Origin: Gemmatimonadota bacterium
GTDB taxonomy: Bacteria > Gemmatimonadota > Gemmatimonadetes > Gemmatimonadales > GWC2-71-9
NCBI GenBank assembly: GCA_031394255.1
Contig: JANMXA010000042.1
Span: forward strand, 25,505-89,504
Reading direction: 5' to 3'
Length of the DNA stretch: 64,000 nt
Positions within the stretch are counted from its first letter, which is position 1. Each line of letters opens with the position of its first letter. Made by a program: the position numbers and the translations under genes. Below, one piece after another: positions 19,051-29,183 of the stretch. The notes under the pieces are model-generated. The model was not told the origin of the DNA and ran no database searches. It saw nothing but the letters and a program-made list of their open reading frames with translations.

Positions 19051-21843
19051 ATGGTACTCATTCTTCTGTCCATGCTTGCCGTGCTCCAGCCCCAACCACC
19101 CCGGCCGAGTCGGCCCATGCCCCTCGACCCGGCGGTGGTGAGCGGAACGCTTCCGAACGGGCTTCGCTACTACATCCGTCACAACCCCCGGCCGGCCAAC
19201 CGGGCCGAATTACGACTGGTGGTAAACGCCGGTTCGATCCTCGAAGACGGGGATCAACGCGGACTGGCTCACTTCGTCGAGCACATGGCCTTCAACGGCA
19301 CGACCCATTTCAGGAAACAGGCGCTGGTCGACTATATCGAAGGAATCGGCATGCGGTTCGGCGCCGATCTCAACGCCAGCACGTCGTTCGATGAGACCAT
19401 CTATCAGCTCCAGGTTCCGACCGACACGGCAAAACTGCTCAACACCGGACTCGAGATTCTCGAGGATTGGGCGCGGGGGGTCAGCTTCGATACCTCCGAA
19501 ATCCGGAAGGAGCGGGGGGTCGTCATCGAAGAATGGCGACTCGGGCAGGGCGCGTCGAACCGGATGTTCAAGTCGCAGTTCCCGGTGTTGTTCCGCGGAT
19601 CTCGCTACGCGGAACGGGTGCCGATCGGAACCAAAGAGGCGCTCGAGACGTTCGCGCCGAAGGCCCTGACCCGTTTCTATCGCGATTGGTACCGGCCCGA
19701 TCTCATGGCGGTGATCGCCGTCGGCGACTTCGATGTTGCCTCGATGACCCATTTGATCCGGACCCGTTTCGGCCGGATTCCAGCCCGGGCCGCCCGGCGG
19801 CCGCGGCCCGCCTACGCTGTCCCCGCCCGCGATTCCACAGCCGTCGCTATTGCAACCGACCCCGAGGCGACCGGCACCGGGTTCTCCGTGTACTACCTCA
19901 AGCCCGGCCGGGTCGATCCCTCGATGGCGGGGTACCGGCGGTCGCTGGTCGGTGAGATGTATGCCCAGATGCTGAACCAGCGCCTCTACGAATTGACCCA
20001 GAAGGCCAACCCGCCCTTCATTGGCGCGGGAGGCGGCGAAGGCCGCCTGGTCCGGGGAAATGCCTCGTTCTCGCTTGGCGGGGCCGTGGCGGACACAGGG
20101 CTGGAGCGGGGTATCGAGGCCGTCATGACCGAGGTTGAGCGGATCGAGCGCCACGGATTCACTGCAACCGAACTGGCCCGTACCAAAGTCGACCTGACCC
20201 GAAGCTATGAACAGGCCTACGCAGAACGGGACAAGGCCGAGTCCGGCAACCTGGTCGAGGAGTACGTCCAGCACTTTCTCACCGGCCAGCCCGCCCCGGG
20301 AATCGCGGTTGAATTCGCTCAGATCAAGGCCCTGCTCCCGGCCATTCAGCTCGACGACGTGAACGCCGCCGCCCGGGCCTGGCTGGGACTCAAAGACCGA
20401 GTCCTGCTCGTCAATGCCCCTCGGAAGCCGAATCTGACGGCGCCCGACGGCCCTCGGCTGCTCGGCACTTTGGATCGGGTGAATCGGACCGAAGTTCCTC
20501 CCTATCACGACAACGTGTCCGATGCGCCGTTGGTGGCCGATGCCCTGGTGCCCCGGCCCGTTGTGACGGAAACCCGTGACTCGGTGCTCGGCATCACGCG
20601 GTGGACACTGGCCAATGGCGTTCGGGTTGTGGTCAAGGCGACGGATTTCAAAGCGGATGAAGTGCTCCTGGCGGCGTTCAGTCCCGGTGGCACCTCCGTT
20701 GAACCCGACAGCCTGTATGCCGCCGCCGCATTCGCCACCCAACTGGCCGGGCTCGGCGGCGTCGGAACCTTCAGTGCGGTCGAACTCCAGAAGAAGCTCA
20801 CTGGGAAAGCGGTGTTCGTGTCCCCGTTCATCGGGACCTACCAGGAGGGATTTCGCGGCCAGGCCTCTCCTAAGGACCTCGAAACGCTGTTCCAGCTGAT
20901 CTACCTCCAGTTCACTGCTCCCCGGGCCGATCCGGAGGCCTTCGAGGCGTTCAAGAGCAACGCCCGAGCGTCCCTGGCCAACCGAAGCGCCAACCCGGCC
21001 ACGGCCTTCCGCGACACGCTCAGCGTCACCCTCACGCAGCACCACCCCAGAAGCCGACCGATCTCGCCCGCCATCGTCGATTCGTTCGACCTCGGCCGGT
21101 CACTCGCCGTCTACCGTGACCGATTCGCCAATGCCGGTGATTTCACCTTTCTGGTCGTCGGCGCCGTGTCGCTCGACAGTCTCAGGCCGCTCGTTGAGCA
21201 ATACCTGGGCAATCTGCCGAAAACCGGCCGCACCGAGACCTGGCGCGACATCGGCGTGGAAGCGCCAGCCGGCGTGGTCGAGCGGGAAGTACGCAAGGGC
21301 CTCGAACCGAAGAGCCAGACGGAACTGGTGTTTTCCGGGCCCATGGCGGACGACCGGTTTGAGCGGTTCGCGCTGCGTGCCCTGGCCGACATCCTGGAGA
21401 TCAAACTGCGGGAACAGCTCAGGGAGGAACTGGGCGGAACCTACGGCGTCTCCGTCGCCGGCGGCGCGGCGCGAGTGCCGCGCCACGAATACTCCGTGAC
21501 GATCGACTTCGGCTCCGCGCCGGACCGGGTTGCCGAGCTGGTTCGGGTCGTGTTTGCGGAAATCGACTCGCTCCGGCGCTTCGGACCTTCCGAGAAGGAC
21601 CTGGCCAAGATCCGGGAAACCACCATCCGAAGCCATGAAACCGATCTCCGGGAAAACGGTTTCTGGCTCGGGCAGCTGAGCGCGTTCGAGCAGTTTGGCG
21701 GGGACCCAAGGGCATTTCTCAGGATCGACGATCTGGTGGCCACGATCACCGCCGACCGGATCAAGGCCGCAGCCGTCCGATACCTCGATCCTGGGCGGTT
21801 CGTTCGAGTCACCCTGTTGCCGGAGGCCAAGTCCACCCCGTGA
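19051..21843 (+). CDS. M16 family zinc peptidase (insulinase/pitrilysin-like, two-unit)
   Basis: The track ORF 18703-21843 was trimmed to ATG 19051 (signal-like MVLILLSMLAVLQ). Inverted zinc motif HFVEH followed by NGT. The roughly 930-aa length implies active plus inactive M16 halves. Confidence 0.85.
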   Translation: MVLILLSMLAVLQPQPPRPSRPMPLDPAVVSGTLPNGLRYYIRHNPRPANRAELRLVVNAGSILEDGDQRGLAHFVEHMAFNGTTHFRKQALVDYIEGIGMRFGADLNASTSFDETIYQLQVPTDTAKLLNTGLEILEDWARGVSFDTSEIRKERGVVIEEWRLGQGASNRMFKSQFPVLFRGSRYAERVPIGTKEALETFAPKALTRFYRDWYRPDLMAVIAVGDFDVASMTHLIRTRFGRIPARAARRPRPAYAVPARDSTAVAIATDPEATGTGFSVYYLKPGRVDPSMAGYRRSLVGEMYAQMLNQRLYELTQKANPPFIGAGGGEGRLVRGNASFSLGGAVADTGLERGIEAVMTEVERIERHGFTATELARTKVDLTRSYEQAYAERDKAESGNLVEEYVQHFLTGQPAPGIAVEFAQIKALLPAIQLDDVNAAARAWLGLKDRVLLVNAPRKPNLTAPDGPRLLGTLDRVNRTEVPPYHDNVSDAPLVADALVPRPVVTETRDSVLGITRWTLANGVRVVVKATDFKADEVLLAAFSPGGTSVEPDSLYAAAAFATQLAGLGGVGTFSAVELQKKLTGKAVFVSPFIGTYQEGFRGQASPKDLETLFQLIYLQFTAPRADPEAFEAFKSNARASLANRSANPATAFRDTLSVTLTQHHPRSRPISPAIVDSFDLGRSLAVYRDRFANAGDFTFLVVGAVSLDSLRPLVEQYLGNLPKTGRTETWRDIGVEAPAGVVEREVRKGLEPKSQTELVFSGPMADDRFERFALRALADILEIKLREQLREELGGTYGVSVAGGAARVPRHEYSVTIDFGSAPDRVAELVRVVFAEIDSLRRFGPSEKDLAKIRETTIRSHETDLRENGFWLGQLSAFEQFGGDPRAFLRIDDLVATITADRIKAAAVRYLDPGRFVRVTLLPEAKSTP

Positions 21844-21905
21844 TAAGGCTCCCGGGGGTTCGGAATTCTGATATCTTGCCCCAAACGGCGACTGGGTTGG
21901 CGAAG

Positions 21906-23561
21906 ATGCGACATGGGATCTGGCTGGGACTTTTCGGCCTCACAATGGTCGCGCTCGGGCCCAGACGGGCTCAGGGTCAGGCCCAGGCGGACACCACGGT
22001 CCTGGTGGACCGGATCTTTGGTGAGCTGAACCGTGCCGACGGCCCGGGCTGCACGCTCGGGGTCGACCGAGGCGGCGATCCAATCATCCGCAGGGGTTAC
22101 GGCATGGCCAGCCTCGAATCGCGGACGCCCCTCACGGAATTCGCGATCCTCGAATCCGGATCGGTGGCCAAACAGTTCACGGCGGCGGCCATCGTGCACT
22201 TGGCCCTCCGTGGCAGGCTCGACCTCGATGACCCGGTCCGGAAGTACATCCCGGAACTGCCCGACTACAACCGACCGGTCACCATCCGGATGCTCCTGCA
22301 CCATACCAGCGGCGTCCGGGACATGTGGACCCTCTTTGCCCTGGCTGGAAACGAACCCGGCACAGTCCTGTTCACCATGGCCCAGGCGCTCCGGATGGTC
22401 TACCGGCAGCGCGAGCTCAACTTCACCCCGAACGACCGGTACCTGTACAGCAATAGCGGGTTTCTCCTGCTCAGTGAGATCGTCAAACGGGTGTCCGGAA
22501 TGCCGCTTTCGCAGTTCTCGAGGGATGTCTTCTTCCGGCCGCTCGGGATGGACCACACCCAATGGCGGGATGACTGGAATCGCGTCGTACCCGGGCGCGC
22601 GACCGCCTACAGCCCCGCAGCCGAGGGCGGCTTTCGGGTCGACATGCCCTTCATGAACGTCTACGGCGCCGGCGGCTTGCTCACCACGGTGGGCGATCTC
22701 CTCAAATGGAACGCCAACCTCGACCAGCCCAGGATCGGCGGATCGGTTTGGGCCGATACCATGCAACGACGTGGCCGGCTGAACGATGGCCGCACCATTG
22801 AGTACGGGTTTGGCCTGGTCGCCACGACCTACCGCGGTGAGCGAGAGATTTCCCATAGCGGGGCAACCGGCGGGTACCGCACGTATCTCGCCCGCTGGCC
22901 GGACCGCCGGCTGTCCATCGCCATCCTCTGCAACGTCGCCAATGCCAATCCGGTCGCTCTGGGCCATCAGGTAGCGGACATCTACCTCGGCCCCAAGCCG
23001 GTCGCTCCGCCGACAACCTCGCCGGCGTCAGCGACCGCCGGCACGGGCCCGGTCGCCTCCCTCCTCGGTCGCTACCGAGCCTCGGCGACAGAGGACGTCC
23101 TCACCATCGCCGAGAAGGAGGGCCACCTCGTCGTCGATCTCGGGGCGCCCTTTCCGCTGACTGCCGTTTCACCGGATCATCTTCGCGCCATCGATATCAA
23201 CGCCGACCTCCTGATCCTGCGGACCGGGGATCGGATCAATCACCTTACTGTGGTTGTCGGCGGGGACTCGACTGTCTACGATCCCGTGGTCGTTCCGCCA
23301 TCTCGGCCGGATGAACTGACCGGATTCGTCGCCGACTACCACAGCGACGAACTTGGCGTCACCTACCGAGTGAGCGTTACCGGCCCGGATCTCATGGTCG
23401 AGGTTGGCGACCACGAGCCACTGACGGCAGCGCGGACCGGGCCGGACTCATTTGGGCTCCCGGGCGGGCGCGCACTGAGATTCACGCGAACCAAGGGCCG
23501 TGTTGATGGCTTCTTGCTGTTTGCCGGCCGAGTACGAAACCTTCGTTTTGCGAGGCAATGA
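21906..23561 (+). CDS. Serine hydrolase (beta-lactamase class C / PBP4* family), secreted
   Basis: Trimmed to ATG 21906 (MRHGIWLGLFGLTMVALG). SxxK motif SGSVAKQF and YSNSG (a YxN-like motif). There is an extra C-terminal domain. Confidence 0.8.
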   Translation: MRHGIWLGLFGLTMVALGPRRAQGQAQADTTVLVDRIFGELNRADGPGCTLGVDRGGDPIIRRGYGMASLESRTPLTEFAILESGSVAKQFTAAAIVHLALRGRLDLDDPVRKYIPELPDYNRPVTIRMLLHHTSGVRDMWTLFALAGNEPGTVLFTMAQALRMVYRQRELNFTPNDRYLYSNSGFLLLSEIVKRVSGMPLSQFSRDVFFRPLGMDHTQWRDDWNRVVPGRATAYSPAAEGGFRVDMPFMNVYGAGGLLTTVGDLLKWNANLDQPRIGGSVWADTMQRRGRLNDGRTIEYGFGLVATTYRGEREISHSGATGGYRTYLARWPDRRLSIAILCNVANANPVALGHQVADIYLGPKPVAPPTTSPASATAGTGPVASLLGRYRASATEDVLTIAEKEGHLVVDLGAPFPLTAVSPDHLRAIDINADLLILRTGDRINHLTVVVGGDSTVYDPVVVPPSRPDELTGFVADYHSDELGVTYRVSVTGPDLMVEVGDHEPLTAARTGPDSFGLPGGRALRFTRTKGRVDGFLLFAGRVRNLRFARQ

Positions 23562-24088
23562 CGATGACCGTTCCTGATTATGATCGGCCGGGGCCCGGCG
23601 AACACGCCCCCTACCACAGCCTGTATGTCGACAAGGTGCCCGCCGGCGACCTTCTGACCCTGTACGCTGAACAGTTGGCCGAGGTCCAGGCCACTCTCCG
23701 GCCGGTCACCGAAGCCAGGGCGGCAACGGCGTACGCCCCGGGCAAGTGGACCATCAAGGAAGTAATCGGCCACATCAGTGACGCCGAACGCGTCTTTACC
23801 TACCGGGCTATGCGCATCGCCAGGGCCGACTCCACCCCGCTGGCCGGGTTCGACGAAAATGCCTGGGTGCCGCCCGCCCGGTTCAATGACCGTTCTCTGG
23901 CCAGCCTGCTCGATGAATGGGTGGCGATCCGGGGCGCATCGATCGCGCTGTTCGCCGGCCTGCCCCGGGAGGCGGTGACGCGAAAGGGCCAGGCCAGCGG
24001 ATACGACGTATCGGTCCGCGGCATCGCCTACGTCGTCCACGGCCACATGGCTCACCACCTCGGCGTCCTGCGCGACCGTTACCTCTGA
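23558..24088 (+). CDS. DinB family protein (DinB_2 / YfiT-like)
   Basis: 176 aa. His-rich metal triad pattern (VIGHISDAE ... HGHMAHHLG). The start overlaps the upstream stop (ATGA). Confidence 0.7.
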   Translation: MTMTVPDYDRPGPGEHAPYHSLYVDKVPAGDLLTLYAEQLAEVQATLRPVTEARAATAYAPGKWTIKEVIGHISDAERVFTYRAMRIARADSTPLAGFDENAWVPPARFNDRSLASLLDEWVAIRGASIALFAGLPREAVTRKGQASGYDVSVRGIAYVVHGHMAHHLGVLRDRYL

Positions 24089-24091
24089 TTT

Positions 24092-25045
24092 GTGACGGAG
24101 CCCGAGCAGGAGCGTACCACCGGAGAAACACCCCCGAAGGATCTTGGGTTCGGGGGCGCCCTGTCCCGAGGCGGACGGGGGCGTCTGCTCCGCCGGGACG
24201 GGAGCTTCACGCCCCGTAGAGTCGGACTTGGCTTCGCCGAGTCGTTTGGCCTCTATCACTATCTGATCACGACGAGCTGGCCCTACTTCCTGCTCTGGGT
24301 CACCCTCGCGTTCGTTGGTCTGAACGGTCTGTTCGCGGTCGCCTACGTGACCCTCGGACCCGGGGCCCTCCGGGGAGCGACGGCCGCTACCACCCCGGAC
24401 CGACTCGTCGAAGCGTTCTTCTTCAGCGTGCACACCTTCACCACCATCGGCTACGGCAACATCGTGCCCCTTTCAACCGGGGCCAACATCGTCAGCGCTG
24501 CCGAGGCGCTCGTCGGGCTGATCGGCGCCGCGATCCTGGCAGGCCTCGCCTTCGCCAGGGTCTCTCGTCCCACGGCCGGCATCATGTTCAGCGACACGGC
24601 GGTGATCGCACCCTACCGGGAGCGGTCCGGACTGATGTTCCGGCTCGCCAACGCCCGCAGGAATGAGCTCATTCAGGTTCGTGCCGTGGTCAACCTCTCC
24701 CTGGTGCGCCCTGACGGAACGCGGAGTTTTACCCAGTTGTCGCTGGAGCGACAGAGCGTCGATTTCATGCCGACCAGCTGGACGGTCGTTCACCCCATCG
24801 ACGATGCCAGCCCGCTGGCGGGCCTCGACGAGACGGCCCTCGCCGCCCTGAGCCCCGAGCTCTACGTCCTGCTGACGGCCACGGAGGAGGTCTTTTCCCA
24901 GACCGTGCACACCCGCACCTCCTACGCGGGCCCGGAGATTGTCTGGGGAGCCCGGTTCACGAATATTCTGGAGTACGACGAGATCGGGGCCGTGGCCCGG
25001 GTCGACGTCAGCCGGCTCAGCGAAACCGAGTCGGTCCCGGTCTGA
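24092..25045 (+). CDS. Prokaryotic inward-rectifier-type K+ channel (KirBac-like)
   Basis: Two TM helices flank a pore helix with the selectivity filter TTIGYGN. A C-terminal beta-rich cytoplasmic domain of about 170 aa is typical of Kir. GTG start. Confidence 0.8.
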   Translation: MTEPEQERTTGETPPKDLGFGGALSRGGRGRLLRRDGSFTPRRVGLGFAESFGLYHYLITTSWPYFLLWVTLAFVGLNGLFAVAYVTLGPGALRGATAATTPDRLVEAFFFSVHTFTTIGYGNIVPLSTGANIVSAAEALVGLIGAAILAGLAFARVSRPTAGIMFSDTAVIAPYRERSGLMFRLANARRNELIQVRAVVNLSLVRPDGTRSFTQLSLERQSVDFMPTSWTVVHPIDDASPLAGLDETALAALSPELYVLLTATEEVFSQTVHTRTSYAGPEIVWGARFTNILEYDEIGAVARVDVSRLSETESVPV

Positions 25046-25098
25046 CCCGAGCAAAACCGTCGGACCGGCAATACCTTTGGGATGAACTCTTCGGCTGA

Positions 25099-26967
25099 AT
25101 GGTGGCACCCATGTCCGCACCAACTCAAACTCCGGCGGCCCGCGTTCCTCGCGATGCCGTCGTCATCCGGTTCGCCGGTGACTCCGGCGACGGTATGCAG
25201 ATTACCGGCTCCGAATTCATGGCCGAGACGGCGCTCGCTGGCAACGACCTCTCGACCTTCCCCGACTACCCGGCCGAGATCCGGGCACCGGCCGGCACGA
25301 CTTTCGGCGTTTCCGCCTTTCAGATTCATTTCGGCACCCGCGAGGTCATGACCGCGGGAGACGATCTCGACGCCTTGATTGCGATGAACCCGGCGGCCCT
25401 CAGGGTCAACCTCAAGGATCTGAAGCCTGGCGGCGTCCTGGTCTGCGATCTCGGCGCCTTCACTCCCCGGAACCTGACCAAGGCCGGCTACGCCGAAAAC
25501 CCGCTCGAGAACAACTCGCTGTCGGAGTACCGGGTTCTCAAGCTCGACGTCACCAAGCTGAACGCCGAGGCGGTGAAGGGCTTTGATCTGGGAGCCAAGG
25601 AAGCGGTTCGGTCCCGGAACATGTGGACCCTGGGGCTGATGCTGTGGATGTACGGCCGCGATCGGCACGCCACGGTGGCCTGGCTCATGAAAAAATTCGC
25701 CAAGAAGCCGGAAATCGCCAAGGCGAATGTGGCCGCGATGAACGCCGGCCATGCCTTTGGCGAAACCGCCGAGCTCGCCGCCCCATCCTATAGCGTCGCA
25801 CCCGCTTCGGTCGCGGCGGGAACCTACCGGACCATCACCGGCACCGAATCGCTCGTGTGGGGCCTGGTTGCCGGAGCCCAGGCCGCGGCTCTCCCCCGGG
25901 TGGTGATGGCGTCGTACCCGATCACACCGTCGTCCCCGGTACTCCACACGCTGGCGGGATTGAAACAGTTCGGGATCGTCACGTTCCAGGCCGAGGATGA
26001 GATTTCGGCCATGTGCGCGGCGATCGGCGCGGCTTATGGCGGAGCCCTGGCGATCACCTCGAGTTCGGGACCCGGGATCGCGCTCAAGACCGAAGCGATT
26101 GGGTTGGCCGTGATGACCGAACTCCCCGTGGTGATCATCAACAACCAGCGCGGCGGCCCGTCGACCGGCCTGCCCACCAAGACCGAGCAGTCCGATCTCT
26201 ACCAGGCGATCTATGGCCGTAACGGAGACACCCCGCTCCCGGTCCTGTCCACGGCCACTCCGTCTGATTGCTTTGAGGTGGGGATGGAAGCCGTGCGAAT
26301 CGCCACCAAGTACATGACCCCGGTCATGCTGCTGACCGACGGATACCTGGCCAATGCGTCGGAGCCATGGCTGATTCCCGACGCGACCAAGCTCCCCAGC
26401 TTCCCGGTCCGGTTCCGGACCGAGCCCGAAGGCTTCCAGCCCTATCTCCGGGACCCGAAGACATTGGGCCGCGTCTGGGCCGTCCCCGGTACCCCTGGAT
26501 TGGAGCATCGGATCGGCGGAATCGAGAAGGACTACGACACCGGCCACATCTCGTACGACGATGCGAACCACCAGAGGATGACCGATACCCGGGCCGCCAA
26601 GATTGACGGGATCGCCAACGACATTCCGCTCCAGACCGTGGCCGTCGGTGAGGACCACGGCACGATGGCTGTCGTTGGCTGGGGATCGACCTATGGGCCG
26701 ATCCACCAGGCGGTTCGCGCCCTCAGGGCCGAGGGACATCAGGTATCCCAGATACATATCCGGTACCTCAAGCCGTTCCCCCGAAACCTCGGCGACCTGC
26801 TGCGCCGTTTCGACCGGGTCTTGGTGCCCGAGATGAACAATGGCCAATTGGTATCGGTACTCCGGGCCGAGTATCTGGTCCCGGCAGAGAAGCTCTCGAA
26901 AGTGACCGGCAAGCCGTTCAAGATCGCTGAACTCGTCGCGGCGATCCGCGGCCGATTGGAGAAGTGA
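25099..26967 (+). CDS. korA: 2-oxoglutarate/2-oxoacid:ferredoxin oxidoreductase, alpha subunit
   Basis: 622 aa with the motifs FAGDSGDGMQ, SYPITPSS and NNQRGGPSTGLPTKTEQSDL, all typical of KorA. Confidence 0.9.
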   Translation: MVAPMSAPTQTPAARVPRDAVVIRFAGDSGDGMQITGSEFMAETALAGNDLSTFPDYPAEIRAPAGTTFGVSAFQIHFGTREVMTAGDDLDALIAMNPAALRVNLKDLKPGGVLVCDLGAFTPRNLTKAGYAENPLENNSLSEYRVLKLDVTKLNAEAVKGFDLGAKEAVRSRNMWTLGLMLWMYGRDRHATVAWLMKKFAKKPEIAKANVAAMNAGHAFGETAELAAPSYSVAPASVAAGTYRTITGTESLVWGLVAGAQAAALPRVVMASYPITPSSPVLHTLAGLKQFGIVTFQAEDEISAMCAAIGAAYGGALAITSSSGPGIALKTEAIGLAVMTELPVVIINNQRGGPSTGLPTKTEQSDLYQAIYGRNGDTPLPVLSTATPSDCFEVGMEAVRIATKYMTPVMLLTDGYLANASEPWLIPDATKLPSFPVRFRTEPEGFQPYLRDPKTLGRVWAVPGTPGLEHRIGGIEKDYDTGHISYDDANHQRMTDTRAAKIDGIANDIPLQTVAVGEDHGTMAVVGWGSTYGPIHQAVRALRAEGHQVSQIHIRYLKPFPRNLGDLLRRFDRVLVPEMNNGQLVSVLRAEYLVPAEKLSKVTGKPFKIAELVAAIRGRLEK

Positions 26968-26968
26968 A

Positions 26969-28003
26969 ATGACCGTCCTCACCCCGCCTCCCGCCGGGAA
27001 GAAAATCACCGCCGCGGACTTCGAATCGGATCAGGAAGTTCGTTGGTGCCCCGGCTGCGGCGACTATGCGATCCTCAAAGCCGTGCAACGCACCCTGGCC
27101 GAGGTCGGGGCCCGGAAAGAGAACACGGTCTTCGTATCCGGGATCGGGTGCTCATCGCGGTTCCCGTATTACGTCAGCACGTACGGATTTCACACGATCC
27201 ACGGGCGGGCGCCCGCGGTGGCAACCGGGCTCAAGCTCGCCCAGCCCGACCTCGACATCTGGCTCGTGACCGGCGACGGAGACGGCCTGTCCATCGGGGG
27301 CAACCATCTCCTCCATGTGCTGCGCCGCAACGTCAACATGCAGTTGATGCTGTTCAACAACGAAATCTACGGCCTGACCAAAGGACAGTATTCGCCGACC
27401 TCACGTGTGGGAACCCGCTCTCCGTCCACACCGCTCGGGTCGGTCGACATGCCGGTGTCCCCCACGCTGTTTGCCCTGGGCGCCGGCGCCCGGTTCGTGG
27501 CCCGGTCGGTGGATACCCAGCAGCCCCACCTGGTCGGCGTCCTCAAGCGGGCCCACGCCCACCAGGGCACCAGCTTCGTGGAGATCTTTCAGAACTGCGT
27601 GGTGTATAACGACGGCGTGTTCGACGAATTCACGGACAGGAGCGTAGCGCCCGACCGGCAACTTTTGGTCGAGCACGGGAAGCCACTCGTCTTCGGGAAG
27701 GAAAAGAATCAAGGCTTGCGGCTCAAGCCGAACGCCTTCGAACTGGAGGTCGTCACGATTGGGGAGAATGGCGTCTCCATCGCCGACATCTTGGTCCACG
27801 ACGAGCGGAATCGGGCCCTGGCCTCGCTCCTCGGCTCGCTCCACCCGCCGGACTTTCCCCAGGCCCTAGGCGTTCTCTACTGCGATCCGGCGCCGACCTA
27901 CGAGGACGCCGTGTTCGGGCAGATGAAGGCCGCCGCCAACGTCGGGCCGAAGGATCTCAACAGCCTGATGCGAACCGGCCGGACCTGGACCGTGGGCGGA
28001 TAG
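26969..28003 (+). CDS. korB: 2-oxoglutarate/2-oxoacid:ferredoxin oxidoreductase, beta subunit (TPP-binding)
   Basis: Motifs WCPGCGDY, GIGCSSRFPYY and GDGDGLSIGGNH. It starts 1 nt after the korA stop. Confidence 0.9.
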   Translation: MTVLTPPPAGKKITAADFESDQEVRWCPGCGDYAILKAVQRTLAEVGARKENTVFVSGIGCSSRFPYYVSTYGFHTIHGRAPAVATGLKLAQPDLDIWLVTGDGDGLSIGGNHLLHVLRRNVNMQLMLFNNEIYGLTKGQYSPTSRVGTRSPSTPLGSVDMPVSPTLFALGAGARFVARSVDTQQPHLVGVLKRAHAHQGTSFVEIFQNCVVYNDGVFDEFTDRSVAPDRQLLVEHGKPLVFGKEKNQGLRLKPNAFELEVVTIGENGVSIADILVHDERNRALASLLGSLHPPDFPQALGVLYCDPAPTYEDAVFGQMKAAANVGPKDLNSLMRTGRTWTVGG

Positions 28004-29044
28004 CTACCGCCCGCGGCATGCGTACCCAAGGATCCCGTCGAGATCCTTTGGTGTCTTGAGTTCATTGTAGAAGTCATCGATGTAGCCGATCGCCTCTTTC
28101 ACGCGGCCCGGTTCAAAATCGGGGATGGCCCGCACGATGGCGTTGATCGAGTCGCGCTTGGCGCGGAACAGTTCGACCGTCGGCCATAGCTCCTCGACCT
28201 TCTTGCAGGGGCCGCGATAGAGCCGTTGCCGGACCGATTTGATCGGGAGCCGGTAGTCGGGAACCGCGTAGGACGCGCCCACCAGACCCGAAAAATCGAA
28301 ATCGTACGCGACGGGGAAATAGGTGTCTTTGCCTTCAACAGCGAGCACCCGGAAATTGTGGATCATGGCGACCGACCAGTCCGTGTTTCCGATGAAGTAC
28401 TCCCACACCATCATCAGATCCAGAAGCGGTTGATCCATCTCGTCGTACTTTCCACCCGTCTGCATCAGGATCGTCCCGCGATTCCGCTTCGCCATCTCTT
28501 CGTCATTCTCGACGAAGAAGCCGTACTTGGTCACAGCCTTCGTGGTGTCGTCCGTCGGGATGTAATGGACCTTGACCAGCCTGGTTCTGAAGGAGAACGG
28601 CGTCAGCAAATTGTGGATCCGGTAAATCGACTCCTCCAGAAGCAGGTTCTGCTCGAACCGACCCCCATTCTGACAGTGGGTCGTCAACTTGAGTCCGCCC
28701 TGGCCGGAAAATTCCGTCCCCTTGGCCTTCTCCTTGTCGAACCGGACCTTGATCGGGACAAAGGAGCAGGTCGTGGACTTGAGCCGGAAATGGCCCCGGG
28801 TCTCCAGCGTGACCGGAATCGACGTCTCTCCCGCCTTCGGGTCCTTGAATTCGATGGTACCGTCGACCGGCTTCACTTTGAGCGTGTCCCGGTTCTTGAA
28901 CAGCTCCTTGAGGGGCGCGCGGAGGGTAAACTCGAGAACCTCCCTGCTCCGGAACAGCCGCTGGGGTTCGGTTTTCTTTTCCTGCGCGGCCGCAGTGGCG
29001 GTGATGAACCCTGTGACGACGACAGCCGCAATCAGGCGGTGCAT
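28004..29044 (-). CDS. Secreted hypothetical protein with CotH-kinase-like sequence pattern
   Basis: Trimmed to the signal-peptide start MHRLIAAVVVTGFITATAAAQ (29044); the longest ORF runs to 29071. The protein is rich in Lys, Phe, Glu and Asn and visibly lower in GC than its neighbours. The patterns LLLEESIYRI...VKVHYI...GFFVENDEEM and IGNTDW....IHNFRVL.....YFPVAYDFDFSG resemble the CotH family by memory. Confidence 0.6.
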   Translation of the reverse strand: MHRLIAAVVVTGFITATAAAQEKKTEPQRLFRSREVLEFTLRAPLKELFKNRDTLKVKPVDGTIEFKDPKAGETSIPVTLETRGHFRLKSTTCSFVPIKVRFDKEKAKGTEFSGQGGLKLTTHCQNGGRFEQNLLLEESIYRIHNLLTPFSFRTRLVKVHYIPTDDTTKAVTKYGFFVENDEEMAKRNRGTILMQTGGKYDEMDQPLLDLMMVWEYFIGNTDWSVAMIHNFRVLAVEGKDTYFPVAYDFDFSGLVGASYAVPDYRLPIKSVRQRLYRGPCKKVEELWPTVELFRAKRDSINAIVRAIPDFEPGRVKEAIGYIDDFYNELKTPKDLDGILGYACRGR

Positions 29045-29183
29045 GGAAAACCTCCGGAAGTGATGGAACATTGGCGCTGGCTGATTGTACTGTCGTCAGG
29101 CCCGTCCCGCGAGCCCGGCCCGTTCCTCTCGGGCCTCCGGGCCCCTATTATCTCTTGTGGTCGTCCCGAGAATTCAAGGACAT

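Noticed and set aside
18015-27009. Other long shadow ORFs (18015-19118, 19210-21045, 21441-22967, 23363-24433 and 24922-27009, all minus strand).
   Set aside because: Each lies opposite a well-supported plus-strand gene (small membrane protein/DUF433, M16 peptidase, serine hydrolase, DinB/KirBac, KorA). None has any recognisable domain.
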